From Trichosphaerium sp. ATCC 40318 (taxonomy: Eukaryota > Protista > Tubulinea): a stretch of 64,000 nucleotides of DNA. The notes beneath the pieces are model-generated. The model was not told where the DNA came from. It saw nothing but the letters and a program-made list of their open reading frames with translations, and did not search any database. This document shows, in pieces, positions 12,701-27,061 of the stretch. Where the stretch lies: contig JALMLS010000320.1 of the NCBI GenBank assembly GCA_038496445.1, positions 345,290-409,289 on the forward strand, in the 5' to 3' direction. Made by a program: the position numbers and the translations under genes. Each line of letters starts with the position of its first letter. Within the stretch, counting starts at the first letter, position 1.

Positions 12701-14561
12701 TCCAGAAACAAGAGCTTTTCTTGCATCTAAAGAAAAATACAATTAGGTTTTTCAAAGATCATTGAAATTTTCAAATAGCGTTTGTTTTAAACTTACTGTT
12801 AGTTTCTAATGACTGTGTCTCTTCGTCAGTTTCTACATCTGAGGTAACGATCTATTAAAGGTGTCAAACAGATAACACGTGCGATAAAGAACGCGAAAAT
12901 TGTATACCTCTGAATACGAGTCATCAACAAAACTAAATGCAGGTAGCTTTCTTACTTTTTTAGAAGAAGCTGATGAAAATGACTTGGACCTGCTTCTAGG
13001 AGATGAAGATTGACTTGCACTCCTAGCTGCTTCTTGAGCACGCTTCTTTGCGCGCTTATAGAGCTCTTCAAGGTCTACTGCGGCCGCAGTAGCACAAACA
13101 GGTTGCCTTTGGCGTTGTATATTTGCTGCTTCTGTCATTGTTGATCTACGTTTCCGTAGAGTGTCAGTATCAAGCCTGCCTGAATCCATTGACCTCGAAC
13201 GCGACTTGTTTAAGTTTGGTTTTGGTTTTATATTGATAAATATCTGTTTTGCTGATTGACTGTTGAAAGTGTTCCTAAAAACAACAAAAAGTATTAGTTT
13301 GGTTTATCAATTTTTTTTTACTGAGACCCGAGATGGTCTACTATGTGAAAGAATTACTCTTGAATATTTTTCGTACCTCCGTTTACCCTTCTTACGCTTT
13401 GGTACAGCCAAATGAGTTTGTTTTACTTTTTTTTGCCTCGGAGGAGCAATAGTACCTCTAAATCACGTGTTATTTTGGAAAAAAAAGACGAAATTGTTTT
13501 AGCTGGTTGAAACTAATTTCTAAATACTATTGTTGTTTTTTTTTATGTATATACCCTTCAACGTACTCACTGGATATACCTACAGCGTGTTTATTTGTGT
13601 CTTCATCTTTTTTTTTCTTGCGGTGTCTACTGAACGCTGGAAACTTATATTTTAGTTTTTTCATCATTACGGCGAAGGTTTTCAACCTAACTTGCGGCCC
13701 GCAAACAAGCGCTTGCGTTAAGCGGAGCTGTCTTAGGTTTTCTTGATCAGAATTCAACAAAAAGTTCACGTGTTTTTCCGTGAGAGAAGACGACATATAT
13801 GACACCATCGTGCAAAAATAGTTTTTCCCTCCCGCTTTACGAGGACACACGGATCTCGAGGCACCCTGAAAGCAATTACGCTCAGTAAACGCGATTGATT
13901 AAGAGCGGAGATGTCAAACATCAAAAAAAACAATAAAGGGAAAAAACACTTAGACGTGATCTTGTTTACAACCTTTTTTGGTATTTATTTATGTGGAAAA
14001 ATTTGCTACTGTACAGTTCTTTTTTTTTTTGGATACAAGCGTTTAGCAGTATAGTGCTAAAGCTAGCTCCACGTTTTTTTGTTTGCAAACTTGAAACGAC
14101 AACACAGATTTTCGTAGAAATGCTGTGTAGTGTGACCTGGCTGCCTCAGGGAACAGAGACGATGTAGGTACCGGTCCGTTCTCCAAAATCATCTCATAGG
14201 CATCTTGCAACATTACATTGCTAACGCCTACAAAGTGCCATTCTCCGTACTCATCGGCTTCTGTGTCTTCCAAGTACTCGAAGAGTGCAAAGTGCAGGAG
14301 CGTTGATATGTGGTGAAGTGGGTCTGCCATGCTCCATTCGTGTGATCGGAGGCGTTTTATGAGTGCTGGGTACTCCGTATGGCCCGTTGATGCACGTTGT
14401 GTCTTGTTTGATCGTTTCAAAAGTTTTTCGGGTAGCGACGTGCTTTTTGTTGCTTTGTCGCTCTTTTGGAGCTGTTGAACATAGGTTACGCATGTTTTTT
14501 TAGGTTTTGTTGTTTGTTTGCGTTTTGAGGCGAAGAGTTTTGTAAAGATGCTTTTTATCAT
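9701..14561 (-). CDS. Patatin-like phospholipase with long basic N-terminus and C-terminal filamin/Ig-like domains
   Basis: RILALDGGGVKG, GASTGG (nucleophile Ser), DGG..NNP; splices in frame via a GC-AG intron (10914-10859) into filamin-like exons (IDGTNVSGSP; DKEDGTFVFSF); ORFs at 14043-14561, 13527-13850 and 12833-13189 appear to join as 5' exons. Confidence 0.8.
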
Positions 14562-16018
14562 GTTAAAGTAGTGCTGATGTGTGGTGTGTGCTGTTGAGAG
14601 TTGACTAAAATGGTATATTTGATGTTTAAGCTTAAAGAAACATTAGGAATTTGGATACCAAAAAACGAAACAACTTTCCTTTTTTGACAGGTGTTGCAAA
14701 ACGACAAGTTTATTTCAAGTGAAAAGGTTTTAGAGATTAAAGTAATTATTTAGTACGATTGTCCACCTTTGGGACAATCTTGTACAGACACCCCGACAGC
14801 AAAAAAACTGTTCTAATTTAGGATTTTTTCAAAACTACAACAGTTTATCGTATTTGAAAATACCGCTTCAAATAGCTGGCCTATGCATAGAGAATTAATT
14901 TGGAGGTTTTTAAAGAACTTTCTTATCAAACTTTTTTACTTGAGAAAAACAAAAGGTACCTAATCGAGAAAAAGGTTTTTTAAGAGTACTAGTTATGTGA
15001 GGTATGGAAAGTTTGTTAAATAATAGGAGGGAGCCAAAAATACATTTGATCTTTTTTTTTTTTTTCGATTTTGATGTTCCTGAATTGATTCGGTAACCAG
15101 TGATTTCTGGATGTTTTTGAAATGGAGAACAAAAATACCTGCGCCTTATGGCTATTGATGGCTGTTGTGTTAGCAAGAACAGCAGACCTGAAGGGCACTT
15201 GGGGGAAAATATTCAAATTGGCGCTAAGTCATTGAAGATGAACTTCACAAGCCCGTCCTTGGTAGAAACAATTGTAAGAACACTCAACTGTGTAGCACAT
15301 ACACTAAGCAACAATAATTGCAAAATCCGAAGGTTAAAACACGTTCAGATAAATCAACGTGTCAAAATGAGTGTCAGAAAAAAGACGGAATGTTTGAGCA
15401 TGTCTTCCAACATTTCTCGCGATACATGGTACTTAAATGTACAACACTCTCGCTTGGTTTGAGTTCAACACAAGCTGAGTGGAGACTGGTTCTCTCAGAA
15501 AAACAAAAAAACGGTCAAAGCAAGTTAAACGAGCCTAAACTTTAGAATCGAAACAACGCCAGCAAACACTACTATGCGTACGCAAACGACTACCATAACC
15601 AACTACGGGCAGATTTTTGCTATTCGGTGGCTTGCGTTCAGCCGCGGTGAACTCAAAGTGTTAAAGGCATCTCAAACATTGCTACATAGAACACCAACGT
15701 CACTGTAGCAGCCAAATGTCACTTTTTGCCGAAACGCGCTGAAAACTTGGTTTTACAACATAAATTGCCTCAAAATCTCTTCCATACACCCACAATAGGC
15801 TCGCAGTTTTCAGACGAAAAACGTCGCATCAAAAAACAAAAGTCAAGATTAATCGATATTTGGAGGGTTTTTTTTGTTCGTTTCTTTCAAATTTGCTTTA
15901 TTTAGCTTTAAAACTACCAAACGAACGCTTTTACAACACACACTATTTATTTTTAGGCGTTTTACAATACTAAACAAATTTTCTATTTACAATTCCACTG
16001 CGAAGGATACGCGTTATT

Positions 16019-16342
16019 TTACGATTTAGTGTACCAGAATGGCAGTAAAAACGTAAACGGCCAGCTATTAATGTCCTCGGAAATAAACCGCCTCGCACCC
16101 ACATCTGTGACTAACGGCTCGAAGTACAGGTTTTTGGAGTACGAAAATGGACCAACAACAACTATTTCTAGCGTTAGACGTAATTCAGGTAATTTAAAAC
16201 AACGGTACGTACTGTCTCGTCTGACCTTCCATGGAGTTATCGCTGGTGCAGTGTATGGCTTGGCCCGTGGGTCTACTAGTTTGGTATTGGGTCTCTGGTT
16301 CAGTTCGGAATTTATAACGTTTACTACAGCTACGCACGCCAT
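16019..16342 (-). CDS. Hypothetical protein
   Basis: 107-aa ATG-initiated ORF with no recognised motif; the opposite strand is also open. Confidence 0.25.
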   Translation of the reverse strand: MACVAVVNVINSELNQRPNTKLVDPRAKPYTAPAITPWKVRRDSTYRCFKLPELRLTLEIVVVGPFSYSKNLYFEPLVTDVGARRFISEDINSWPFTFLLPFWYTKS

Positions 16343-17074
16343 GTTGTTTCTTTGGGTTTATTTAGTTGGTTTGCGTTAAGTCGTTACTTGGAGTTTTGTT
16401 CATTGAAATTTCCGTCGCATTGTCAACCAATGGGTCTTCAAACACCTAAATTAAGCTGAAGTGAACCAACCGGAGTTTATTTGCACCTAAAACAAACCTT
16501 GAACTCCAAATCTGTTCTTCTTGCAGAAAAAGAGTTTCCTTGTGTACAGTATTGCACAGTACCAGCTTTGCATGTTGCTTGACACTAACCGATACAAGTT
16601 AGGTGCATAAATAGTTGCGTGTTTGTTGTTTCACTACTGAGCATTGTGGTACTATGTTTATCAAGCTGGTACTTTCGGAAGAGTTAATGTTGTCAGAATG
16701 ATTTTAGCACATGCCGGTACATATCACTTGTAACATAATAAACAAAGCTGTTCCAAGCGTCCATCAAAAGACCACTACCAGCTATACTCACATCGTATTT
16801 GCCTTAACATAGTAACACTCCTATAATTGAGTCAGCATCATACCAGCGCTTAAACTCCTTGTTTTCTACCATTGATGTTATGACTCAGATAAAATACTAC
16901 TCTCATACTAGTACTTGCTTTCTCATTCTCTAATACAATCAACATAGTTATACTCATCCAACTAATACGATGCCAATACACTGTTTTCCATTTTTCACTA
17001 GTGAAAGCCCAGAAAACAAAGTCACGTTTTTAAAGACTCAATAAGGTGTCACAAAGAAACTTCACTAGTTAAAT

Positions 17075-17903
17075 ATGACAAGTGAGGATTTACAAAGTCT
17101 CAAAGTTGTTGTGGAGGTTGTTGCAATGTGTGTTACTTAGTGCTAACCGAAAGGACTTAATCTCTCTATAAACTCACTGAATCCGGTCATGGGTAGCGGT
17201 TTATCGTCAACAGAAGGTGGTGCGTTATAATTCCTTATACTTTTAAACGCTTAGATGCCCTGTAGGCGTTTTCCCGCTGACATCTCTTAATAACTTTAAA
17301 CCAAGATGGGAATGGTTTTCTGACGAGCGATACGCGCTTTCAGACGCAGTACAACAAACGACGGAGATTTCTAAACCGCAATTTTACACAAACGCCATAA
17401 CAACCTGTGAGAGGGCTGTAAAGGCTGTATCATCGTTACTGCTATCAAAACCCGCTGCCTATGCTGCTGTCGCCGCTGTAATTGCGGGTACCGTTGGTGG
17501 CGTCATTGTGTGGTATAAACGAACATGCGCAGCGATGAGATACAAGGATGATCGCATTGCGTTGCTAGAAGCTGAAAATAACGAGTTGAAAGAGAAAATC
17601 AAGTCTCTGTCTGCACAGGAACTAGTAAAAGAGAACAAGGTTCTTGCACAGGATAACAGTAATTTAAGAGAAGATATAGAAAGGTTATCAAAGGATCATC
17701 TTGTCGCAGACAATAATGAGCTAGAAGCAATTGTCAGAGAGCTTCATGCACGTAATAAGGAGCTTGAATATGAGAATAATAACTTGGTAGATCGTGTTCA
17801 ACGATTAGAACAAGAGGTACGAAGAGAAACTAAAAATGAGAATCTCGTTTCGCTAACGATTTTTTTTATAGAAGTCATCATTGGATACGCAAGTAAAAGC
17901 TAA
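17075..17903 (+). CDS. Coiled-coil protein with hydrophobic segment
   Basis: Heptad-rich E/K/L/N ORF preceded in frame by a hydrophobic stretch (AYAAVAAVIAGTVGGVIVW); ends approximate. Confidence 0.55.
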
Positions 17904-18683
17904 CACAAACCGTATGGCCCAACTGGAGCAACTAGTATGCGTTTTTATGGGTTTTTTAGTTCTATTTGGTTTTAATTGATAGTATTTAGCTTAAACGTCA
18001 CGTGCGTGATCAAGAGGAAGCGAACCGTTGTGGTATTTGTTTAGATCATCCAAAAAACAGGTAACCTGTTTTTAGCTTTGTTCACAGTTATCCAGGTGAC
18101 TTTATTAACTGAGATCTCTTAGAACACTTTATCCTTGTGGCCATGGGATGTGCTCTGAATGCTGTGAGGCAATATCAGTGTGCTCGTACTGCAGGAGAGA
18201 CATTGAAAAAATTATACCTCGCTTCCATACTTAAATAGCTTTGAGGTGTAAACAGGAACTTGTACATAATTAATACGTTCCAATACCAAATAATCATACA
18301 AAATGAAGCGTTCGTAGTTGCAATTGTTGTAAAATCGTACTTTTTTGACAAAGTGCACATCACTAATGCTACTTTCCTACATAACTGATATCAGAATTAC
18401 CGCCTCTCCAGGAAACAATCACTGGCAATCATTGTTTTATCTCTAATGCTATGACATACGCACGTGCGAGGATATCTGCGTACATAGTCAGCACGTTGTT
18501 GTGTTTTAAAAATGTATCAGTTTTCTAAGGGTATAAGTTGTTTAATAAAAACTCCAGAGGATGAAACCGTGCGAGAAGGTTTACATAGAAATATTAAATC
18601 ATTGTTTCCAAAGTTACTCAGCATCAAACTTCGCATTACTACTCTGTTTATTTTTGACATTTAAAATACATGTGCAACTTGCT

Positions 18684-21600
18684 TTAAGTACTATTGGTAG
18701 TTTCTAGTATTTTATCGCTATTAACGAAAGCTCCTCTACTTATTTTTTCGAGTTTTCGTTTTAAGTCAACATTACGTTGTTTCAAGTCAGCATTGTTTTT
18801 TTTCAAGTTTTGTACGTTCTTTTTTAATGCGGCTACTTCTTGTTGTAAATCATCATTCTGAACTGATCCTTGAGTTGCATTGCCTTGAACAGTCATAGTT
18901 ATAGACCTTGGCCCATTACTGTTTGATATTTCAGCTTCTGTTTTTGTCATGTAATACATTCGAGGAACAAGCAATAACAATATTGAAATAAAAGGTCCAA
19001 GAACAAGACATAAAGATCGAAGAATGAATGCCACCTCACGATTGCTTGATGAAAACATCTAAAAAATGGTTTAGCACGTGAGGATATATAATTAGAATAT
19101 GGCTTGTACGCACTTGAATGATGATAATAATGATAATGAAGAAAGTAAGGTTGTAAACAGCAAATCCAATTACTCTAAGAATAAACGTCAACAAAAAAAC
19201 CAATTACGTAACAAATCCGTAAAAATCCAAGGCACCTTGATTCGTTGTAGAGAGTTGCTTTGAGTTTCCATATTTTATATATCCAGTAAAGTCCATATAC
19301 AAGAACACCCGCATTAAAGGCCATGAGAACAGCAAAAAATATTGTATCTGTTGTTGAGTTTGCACAAGTGATATAATCATCAGAATGAATAAATGGTGCT
19401 TCTTCGACAAGCTCAGCAGTGCCTCTACTTACTAATGTCCATATAGAAAGTACCACAATTTCTACTGCTAGAATGGCTGCAACAATGGGAATGATCATCA
19501 TATTCGTGACTTTGAAGACAGTCAATGACTTAACAAGGAATATTTGACCAATTCTGTAAATCCTCGCAAACATAGCTCCGTATGTTAACTACAAGCACTT
19601 AACTTGATATCACTACATAACTATAAACGTACACCAAAACCAATAGCTAGAAGCCATCTTGTAAGATTACAATGAAGGTCATCAGTGTGAAGAGTCCAGA
19701 AGAATACAGAACTATACATCAGAATAGTGCCAACCTATTCACTTGTTAGCGATTTTGTTCAGAAAATAAAACCTTTATTAACACCCGTACCAATGTAAGG
19801 ACAACAAACATTGGCTGGGAAGCGCGTATGACTGTATGTTCACGATAAATCAACACCCATACAATGATACTAACAGTTAGGAGAATTGCGCAAGCTACAA
19901 CACCTATAATAACAAGCTCACTTGTGTGCTCTAAAGTAACTTTATCAGTACAACTCCAAGAATGTCAGTAAATAAAATACGTACTGTACCAACCGTAAGT
20001 GGTCTCTCTTTCATCCCATTTAGGTGCTGGATATACGAACTGATCTGTGACAGCGAATAGAGGAGCTATTATTTGGTATTCGATATCCTCATCAATCTGA
20101 TGTGTTAAGCCTGCTCTTCCAATATTTTGACCGAACTGATCAAACTCGCACTCACCGCAAAACCCTGTTATATCGATAGAATTTATTACTTCCTGTAGTT
20201 TATCAACATCAAATGAACTAGAAACAAAATGTTGGTATCCAAAAAAAAAAAATAAAAAATCAGAATTTTCCTCATCAGCGAGAGCTCAATCTTTTTTAAA
20301 TTACAACTTTGAATGTGTTTAACACCAGAAAGTTTACGAATATTAACAGGCAAAGTTTATCAAATCAAAGTGAGCCGTGATCAATGCGTCATAATTCAAA
20401 TAAATTAGGAAAAAGCAAACAATTGAAATTCTCAAAATGACAAAATTATCACGTGCTTTGCTGTTTCAAAAGCGTATTGTATGATATATCCTGCACTGTA
20501 ACCGGCCATGCCTAAAAACATTTGATTAAATCTAAGAAGTAAGGTAGGCGAGGGTGTACCGTGGACTACAGGTTCAATACCATATTTAGCTTTGTACTGG
20601 TTGTTGAACATTAACGCTGAAGTTTCAGTTCCGTTGGTAATGAAATGATGGTAACGAACTCTTTCATCATATTCTTCATAACGCTCAGAACGTACTCTCT
20701 TGTCCCACTGAAAAGTTGGTCCATTAGCATTAAAAATGAATTACAAGTACGTACATTTGAGCCTCCAACCATTACGTATCGAGAGTCTTCTCCTGCCGCA
20801 TCAACAATGCATGGGTTTGACAGAACGTAAGCCTATTTGATTTGTAAGTACAGATATACATTGTAGAATAGGAAGTACATACTTTGGCATTGAAGTTCAT
20901 TCTCTTTGCTGTCTGCATGAAAGCCACGCAAGAAAACAAAGTTCCACCAAGAACAACATCTGTAATAATTGTGAGTTGTAATAAGGGAGCAGAAGCACAA
21001 AGGCTGGTTAGAAAAGGTTCGGGGACATACCAGGTTCCTTCTCTTTGAGCACTGTGATTAGTTTTTCAATATCTGGTTGTACTATTGTTAAATTCGAAGA
21101 AAATGCAATACTTGTGCTGTAAACAAGCTCCATCCCCAAAAACTCAACACTTCTTAGAGCACCATCAGCAATAGCCTCTGCGAAAGCAGTATCTACCAAG
21201 CGTAAATAAAGAAGAAAATAAGATATGGTTGTAAACATCCTACCTTCCCAAAAAATAGCAATTGTCTTAGCATTATTTGAAACAGCGAGTAAGTTCAATG
21301 CTTCAATCATGAACCTTGAATTTGGTTGTAACATGCTAGTGACATATTTAAATCTTCTCCCAAAAGGTAGAGTGCATGGAGGGCTTAGATCGTCATCACA
21401 AATGTAATTACTCGGAGTTGAAGCGCTGGCTAAAAACAACCGTTAACAGTCAAAAACGGATAAAAGTAAAGTAGCCTCTACAACGTTACCATCGTTTGAA
21501 ATAAACTTTTAAAAACACGTGATTTTTCAATTGTTAGCACTTGAAAGATTTTTTGCGTACGTAAAATAGAGTTTACTTTTAACTCATTCGCAACGATTGC

Positions 21601-22331
21601 CGCAGGGACTCCCAAGTGTGTTGTTAGTGGCTAATTAGAAAGGTTAGAAGGTTAGACTAAAAATGAAGAACATACCAACAAAAGGAAGTCGATATTTTCA
21701 TTCTCTATCAGATGCCTTGTAGCATTAGTCGTCGCGTCGCTGTTACCCTCTAAGCAAAGAGAAAATATGTTAGTTTCAAGTACACCTGCGATGGGAGTTT
21801 TACAAGTAGGACTCTCCCGTAGCTACAATGGACTGTTTTAAACTACTCAACGAGCCATACCTGTTTCTAATACAATAATTTCTACATTATAATTCGTTCC
21901 GTTCACTAGTATACCTCCTCGAGCGTTTACCTTAGCAAACAAGTAATTAGATATTGATCGATTTATGGGTTGGGTTAATTTATGTGAAGTTATTTGTAAA
22001 TATTGTAAACAGCGTTTTTCTCACTACAACATTGATAATCCAGCTCGAAAACTACCCAAAGGGAGGATACAGTGATGCATCACAGTCTAAAAGACTGATA
22101 ACTGAATTTGTAAATGCTGTGGTGAGAAATAGTACGTTTTAGAAATTCCGGATTTGTACCCCGGCCACGTACCGTTTCTTTCCACATTTGATAAGAGTTT
22201 CGAGCCCGAGTTTGAAAAATAACTGTGGAGCCTTCAGTAGGGTACACATGTCCGATGCGGATTACGTTTTGAGCAACTGAAGGTGCTATAATACATAATA
22301 TTACCAAGGTAATAATCGCATAGGAGCTCAT
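18684..22331 (-). CDS. Family C (GABA-B/Grl-like) GPCR, copy 1
   Basis: Signal peptide, periplasmic-binding/Venus-flytrap-like region (IRIGHVYP..G, GGILVNG..YNVEII), 7TM with family-C motifs (YNESR.IG, LLVPRMY), C-terminal coiled coil. Confidence 0.88.
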
Positions 22332-23395
22332 GTGTAATTGAGTGAATTGTAATAACTGCGAGTTAAGGAAGCACAATTTTCAATCAAAATTCCTAATGAC
22401 GTGTTATGTCGATTTTAAGCTGAAAGTTTCCCTTCTATCCCTTTTGTGTGCGTAGACTTACCATTCAGATACATTCTGAGTCGGCATTTTTTGGATACAA
22501 GCCAGGCGTGGGTTACGAAAGAATGAGTTTTCTGCAATACCTCACTTTGCAAAGAGTCGAAATATGCCAATGTAGCATCCTCTACGCTCAGTGATACCAA
22601 GCAAAGTCGGTGCGGTCCTGGAAACGTTCATAAAAATCGTCATGTAATGCATGAACACCTCAAACACTGTTTGTTGGGACATTTGGCTTATACGATTGAT
22701 GATTGGTATAATAGTAGTCACATGTGATTTGAATATCTGGGTTCAAACGTTAGGTATTCGCTTATAGTGATGTGTTCTATCATAACTCCAAAAATAGTTT
22801 AATTTAGTTACTTTTTTAAGTATAGTTTAGCTAAGTCGGTCTCAATGCAAATATCTTCATTTCGAGCTTTGCTACATTGTATAGGGTTGAAATTAATACC
22901 ATCACACGTTTCTGTTTTACAATTAAAAACACAACAAGTGGCTCACATATGGGAAATGTTGAATGAAAGTAGTTGAAATTTATTGTTTTCCCAACCTACG
23001 CGTGATGTTATATGTAGTGTTCTACACTTTCCTTGTTTTGAACTGAGTATATGACACGGTAGGATAACTATTACTAATTGTAAAAATACATACAATAGCG
23101 TTTGTGCCAAACACGGTCACTTTTTCCAATTTTTCCGCAACATCAACAAACAATATGCGTACCATGTGAGTGATACATTTTAGTCAGCACGTTGTGTTTT
23201 AAAATGCATCAGTTTTCTAAGGGTATAAGTTGTTTAATAAAAACTCTAGAGGATGAAACCTTGCACGAGGAGGTTTACATACTCTTGGATGTACCAAGAT
23301 GAAACAATCATTGTTTTCAAAGTTACTCAGCATTGCAAACTTCTTTAGAGCTACTCTGTTTATTTTTGACATTTAAAATACATGTGCAATTTGCT

Positions 23396-26300
23396 TTAAG
23401 AACTATTGCTTGTTTCTTGTATTTTATCACTATTAACGAAAGCCTCTTTACTCATTTTTTCGAGTTTTCGTTTTAAGTCAGCATTGTTTTGTTTCAAGTT
23501 TTGTACGTTCTTTTTTAAAGCGGCTACTTCTTGTTGTAAATCATGAACTGATCCTTGAGGTACATTCCCTTGAATACTAATGTTTATAGACCCTGTACGA
23601 TTACTGTTTGATATTTCAGCTTCTGTTTTTGTCATGTAATACATTCGAGGAACAAGCAATAACAATATTGAAATAAAAGGTCCAAGGACAAGACATAAAG
23701 ATCGAAGAATGAATGCCACCTCACGATTGCTTGATGAAAACATCTAAAAAATGGTTTAAGCACGTGATGGATATATAATTAGAATATGGCTTTACGCACT
23801 TGAATGATGATAATAATGATAATGAAGAAAGTAAGGTTGTAAACAGCAAATCCAATAACTCTAAAAATAAACGTGTCAACAAAAAACATTACGTAAGAAA
23901 TCCAAGGCACCTTGATTCGTTGTAGAGGGCTGATTTAAGTCTCCATATTTTATATATCCAGTAAAGTCCATATACAAGAACACCCGCATTAAAGGCCATG
24001 AGAACAGCAAAAAATATTGTATCTGTTGTTGAGTTTGCACAAGTGATGTAATCATCAGAACGAACAAACGGTGCTTCTTCGACAAGCTCAGCAGTGCCTC
24101 TACTTACTAATGTCCATATAGAAAGTACCACAATTTCTACTGCTAGAATGGCTGCAACAATGGGAATGATCATCATATTCGTGACTTTGAAAACAGTCAA
24201 TGACTTAACAAGGAATATCTGACCAATTCTGTAAATCCTCGCAAACATAGCTCCGTATGTTAACTACAAGCACTTAACTTGATATCCTCATTTATACTAC
24301 AAGAGCGTACACCAAAACCAATAGCTAGAAGCCATCTTGTAAGATTACAGTGAAGGTCATCAGTGTGAAGAGTCCAGAAGAATACAGAACTATACATCAG
24401 AATAGTGCCAATCTATTCATTTGTTAGCGATTTTGTTCAGAAAATAAAGCCTTTATTAACACCCGTACCAATGTAAGGACAACAAACATTGGCTGAGAAG
24501 CACGTATGACTGTATGTTCACGGTAAATCAACACCCATACAATGATACCAAGAGTTATAAGAATTGCGCAAGCTACAACACCTATAATAACAAGCTCACT
24601 TGTGTACTCTAAAGGAACTTGATCAGTACAACTCCAAGAATGTCAGTAAATAAAATACGTACTGTACCAACCGTAAGTGGTTTCTCTTTCATCCCATTTA
24701 GGTGCTGGATAAACGAACTGATCTGTGACAGCGAATAGAGGAGCTACTATCTGCTTTTCGATATTCTCATCAATCTGATGTGTTAAGCCTGCTCTTCCAA
24801 TATTTTGACCGAACTGATCAAACTCGCACTCACCGCAAAACCCTGTTATATCGATAGAATTTATTACTTCCTGTAGTTTATCAACATCAAATGAACTAGA
24901 AACAAAATGTTGGTATCCAAAAAAAAAAAAATCAAAAAAGTCAGAATTTTCCTCATCAGCGAGAGCTCAATCTTAAGCTTAATCTTTTTTCATTAAAACT
25001 TTGAATGTGTTTAACACACCAGTAAGTTTACGAATATTAACAGGCAAAGTCACAAAATTCTAAATGAGCCGTGATCAATGCGTCACAATTCAAATAAATA
25101 AGGAAAACCAAAAAAACAAAACTAATGCAAATTCTCGCAAATAACAAAATCACGTGCTTTGCTGTTTCAAATGCGTATTGTATGATATATCCTGCACTGT
25201 AACCGGCCATGCCTAGAAACGTTTGATTAAATCTAAGAAATAAGGTAGACGGGGTGTACCGTGGAGGACAGGTTCAATACCATATCTAGCTTTGTACTGG
25301 TTGTTGAACATTAACGCTGAAGTTTCAGTTCCGTTGGTAATGAAATGATGGTAACGAACTCTTTCATCATATTCTTCATAACGCTCAGAACGTACTCTCT
25401 TGTCCCACTGAAAAGGTGGTCCATTAGCATTAAATGAATTACAAGTACGTACATTTGAGCCTGTAACCATTACGTATCGAGAGTCTTCTCCTGCCGCATC
25501 AACGAAGCATGGGTTTGACAGAACGTAAGCCTATTTCATTTGTAAGTATAGATATACATTGTAGAAAGACGGCAGGAGAATAGGAAGTACATACTTTGGC
25601 ATTGAAGTTCATTCTCTTTGCTGTCTTCATGAAAGCCACGCAAGAAAACAAGGTTCCACCAAGAACAACATCTGTAATAATTGTGAGTTGTAATAAGGTA
25701 GCACAAGCACAAAAAGGTTTTTATAAAAGATTCGGGGACATACCAGGTTCCTTCTCTTTGAGCACTGTGATTAGTTTTTCAATATCTGGTTGTACTATTG
25801 TTGAATTCGTAGAAAATGCAATACTTGTGTTGTAAACAAGCTCCATCCCCAGAAACTGAACACTTCTTAGAGCACCATCAGCAATAGCCCTGGCGAAATC
25901 ACTATCTTCCCAAAAAATAGCAATTGTCTTAGCATTATTTGAAACAGCAAGTAAGTTCAATGCTTCAATCATGAACCTTGTATTTGGCTGTAACATGCTA
26001 GTAACATATTTAAATCTTCTCCCAAAAGGTAGAGTGCATGGAGGGCTTAGATTTTCATCACAAATGTAATTACTCGGAGTTGAAGCGCTGGCTAAAAACA
26101 ACCGTTAACAGTCAAAAACGGATAAAAGTAACCCCAACAACGTTGTGGTCATTTTAAATAAACTTGGTTTGGACCGTTAAAAAACACGTGATTTTTCGAT
26201 GAATGTAAAATTTGTAATGTAATACACCCTTATCATTTAATTGCATTGGTTAGCACTGAGGTATGTCCGTTTTAACGTACGTAAAATAGAATTTACTTTT

Positions 26301-27061
26301 AACTCATTCGCAAGGATTGCCGGAAGGATTCCCAAGCCTGTTAGTGGCTATTGAAAAAGGTAAGAAGGTTAGACTAAAAAAAGAAGAAAACGTACCAGCA
26401 AAAGGAAGTTGATATTTTCATTCTCTATCAGATGCCTTGTACCATTAGTCGCCGAGGCGCTGTTACCCTCTAAGCAAAGAGAAAATATGTTAGTTTCAAG
26501 TACACCTGCGGGAGTTTAACGCAGACATACTTGCGACGGAGTTTTACAAGTAGAGCTATCCCGTCTGCAAATGGACTGTTTTTAAACTACTCAACGAGCC
26601 ATACCTGTTTTTATTTCAATAATTTCTACATTATAATTCGTTCCGTTCACTAATATACCTCCTCGAGCGTTTACCTGAGCAATTTGAAATTAGATATTGA
26701 TCGATTAAGGATGAAGAGAAGTTATTTGTAAATATTTTAAACAGCGTTTTTCTCACTACAACATTGATAATCCAGCTCGAAAACCTCCCAGAGAGGGATG
26801 AAGTGTTGTGTCCGCAGTAGGATAGACTGATAACGCAATTTGTAGATGCTGTGGTGAGAAAAGAAGTTTTTCGAAATTTCAGAATTTGTACCAGCCACGT
26901 ACCGTTTCTTTCCACATTTGATAAGAGTTTCGAGCCCGAGTTTGAAAAATAACTGTGGAGCCTTCAGTAGGGTACACATGTCCGATGCGGATTACGTTTT
27001 GAGCAACTGAAGGTGCTATAATACATAATATTACCAAGGCAATAATCGCAGAGGAGCTCAT
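23396..27061 (-). CDS. Family C (GABA-B/Grl-like) GPCR, copy 2 (tandem paralog)
   Basis: Near-identical exons and introns to 18684-22331. Confidence 0.88.
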
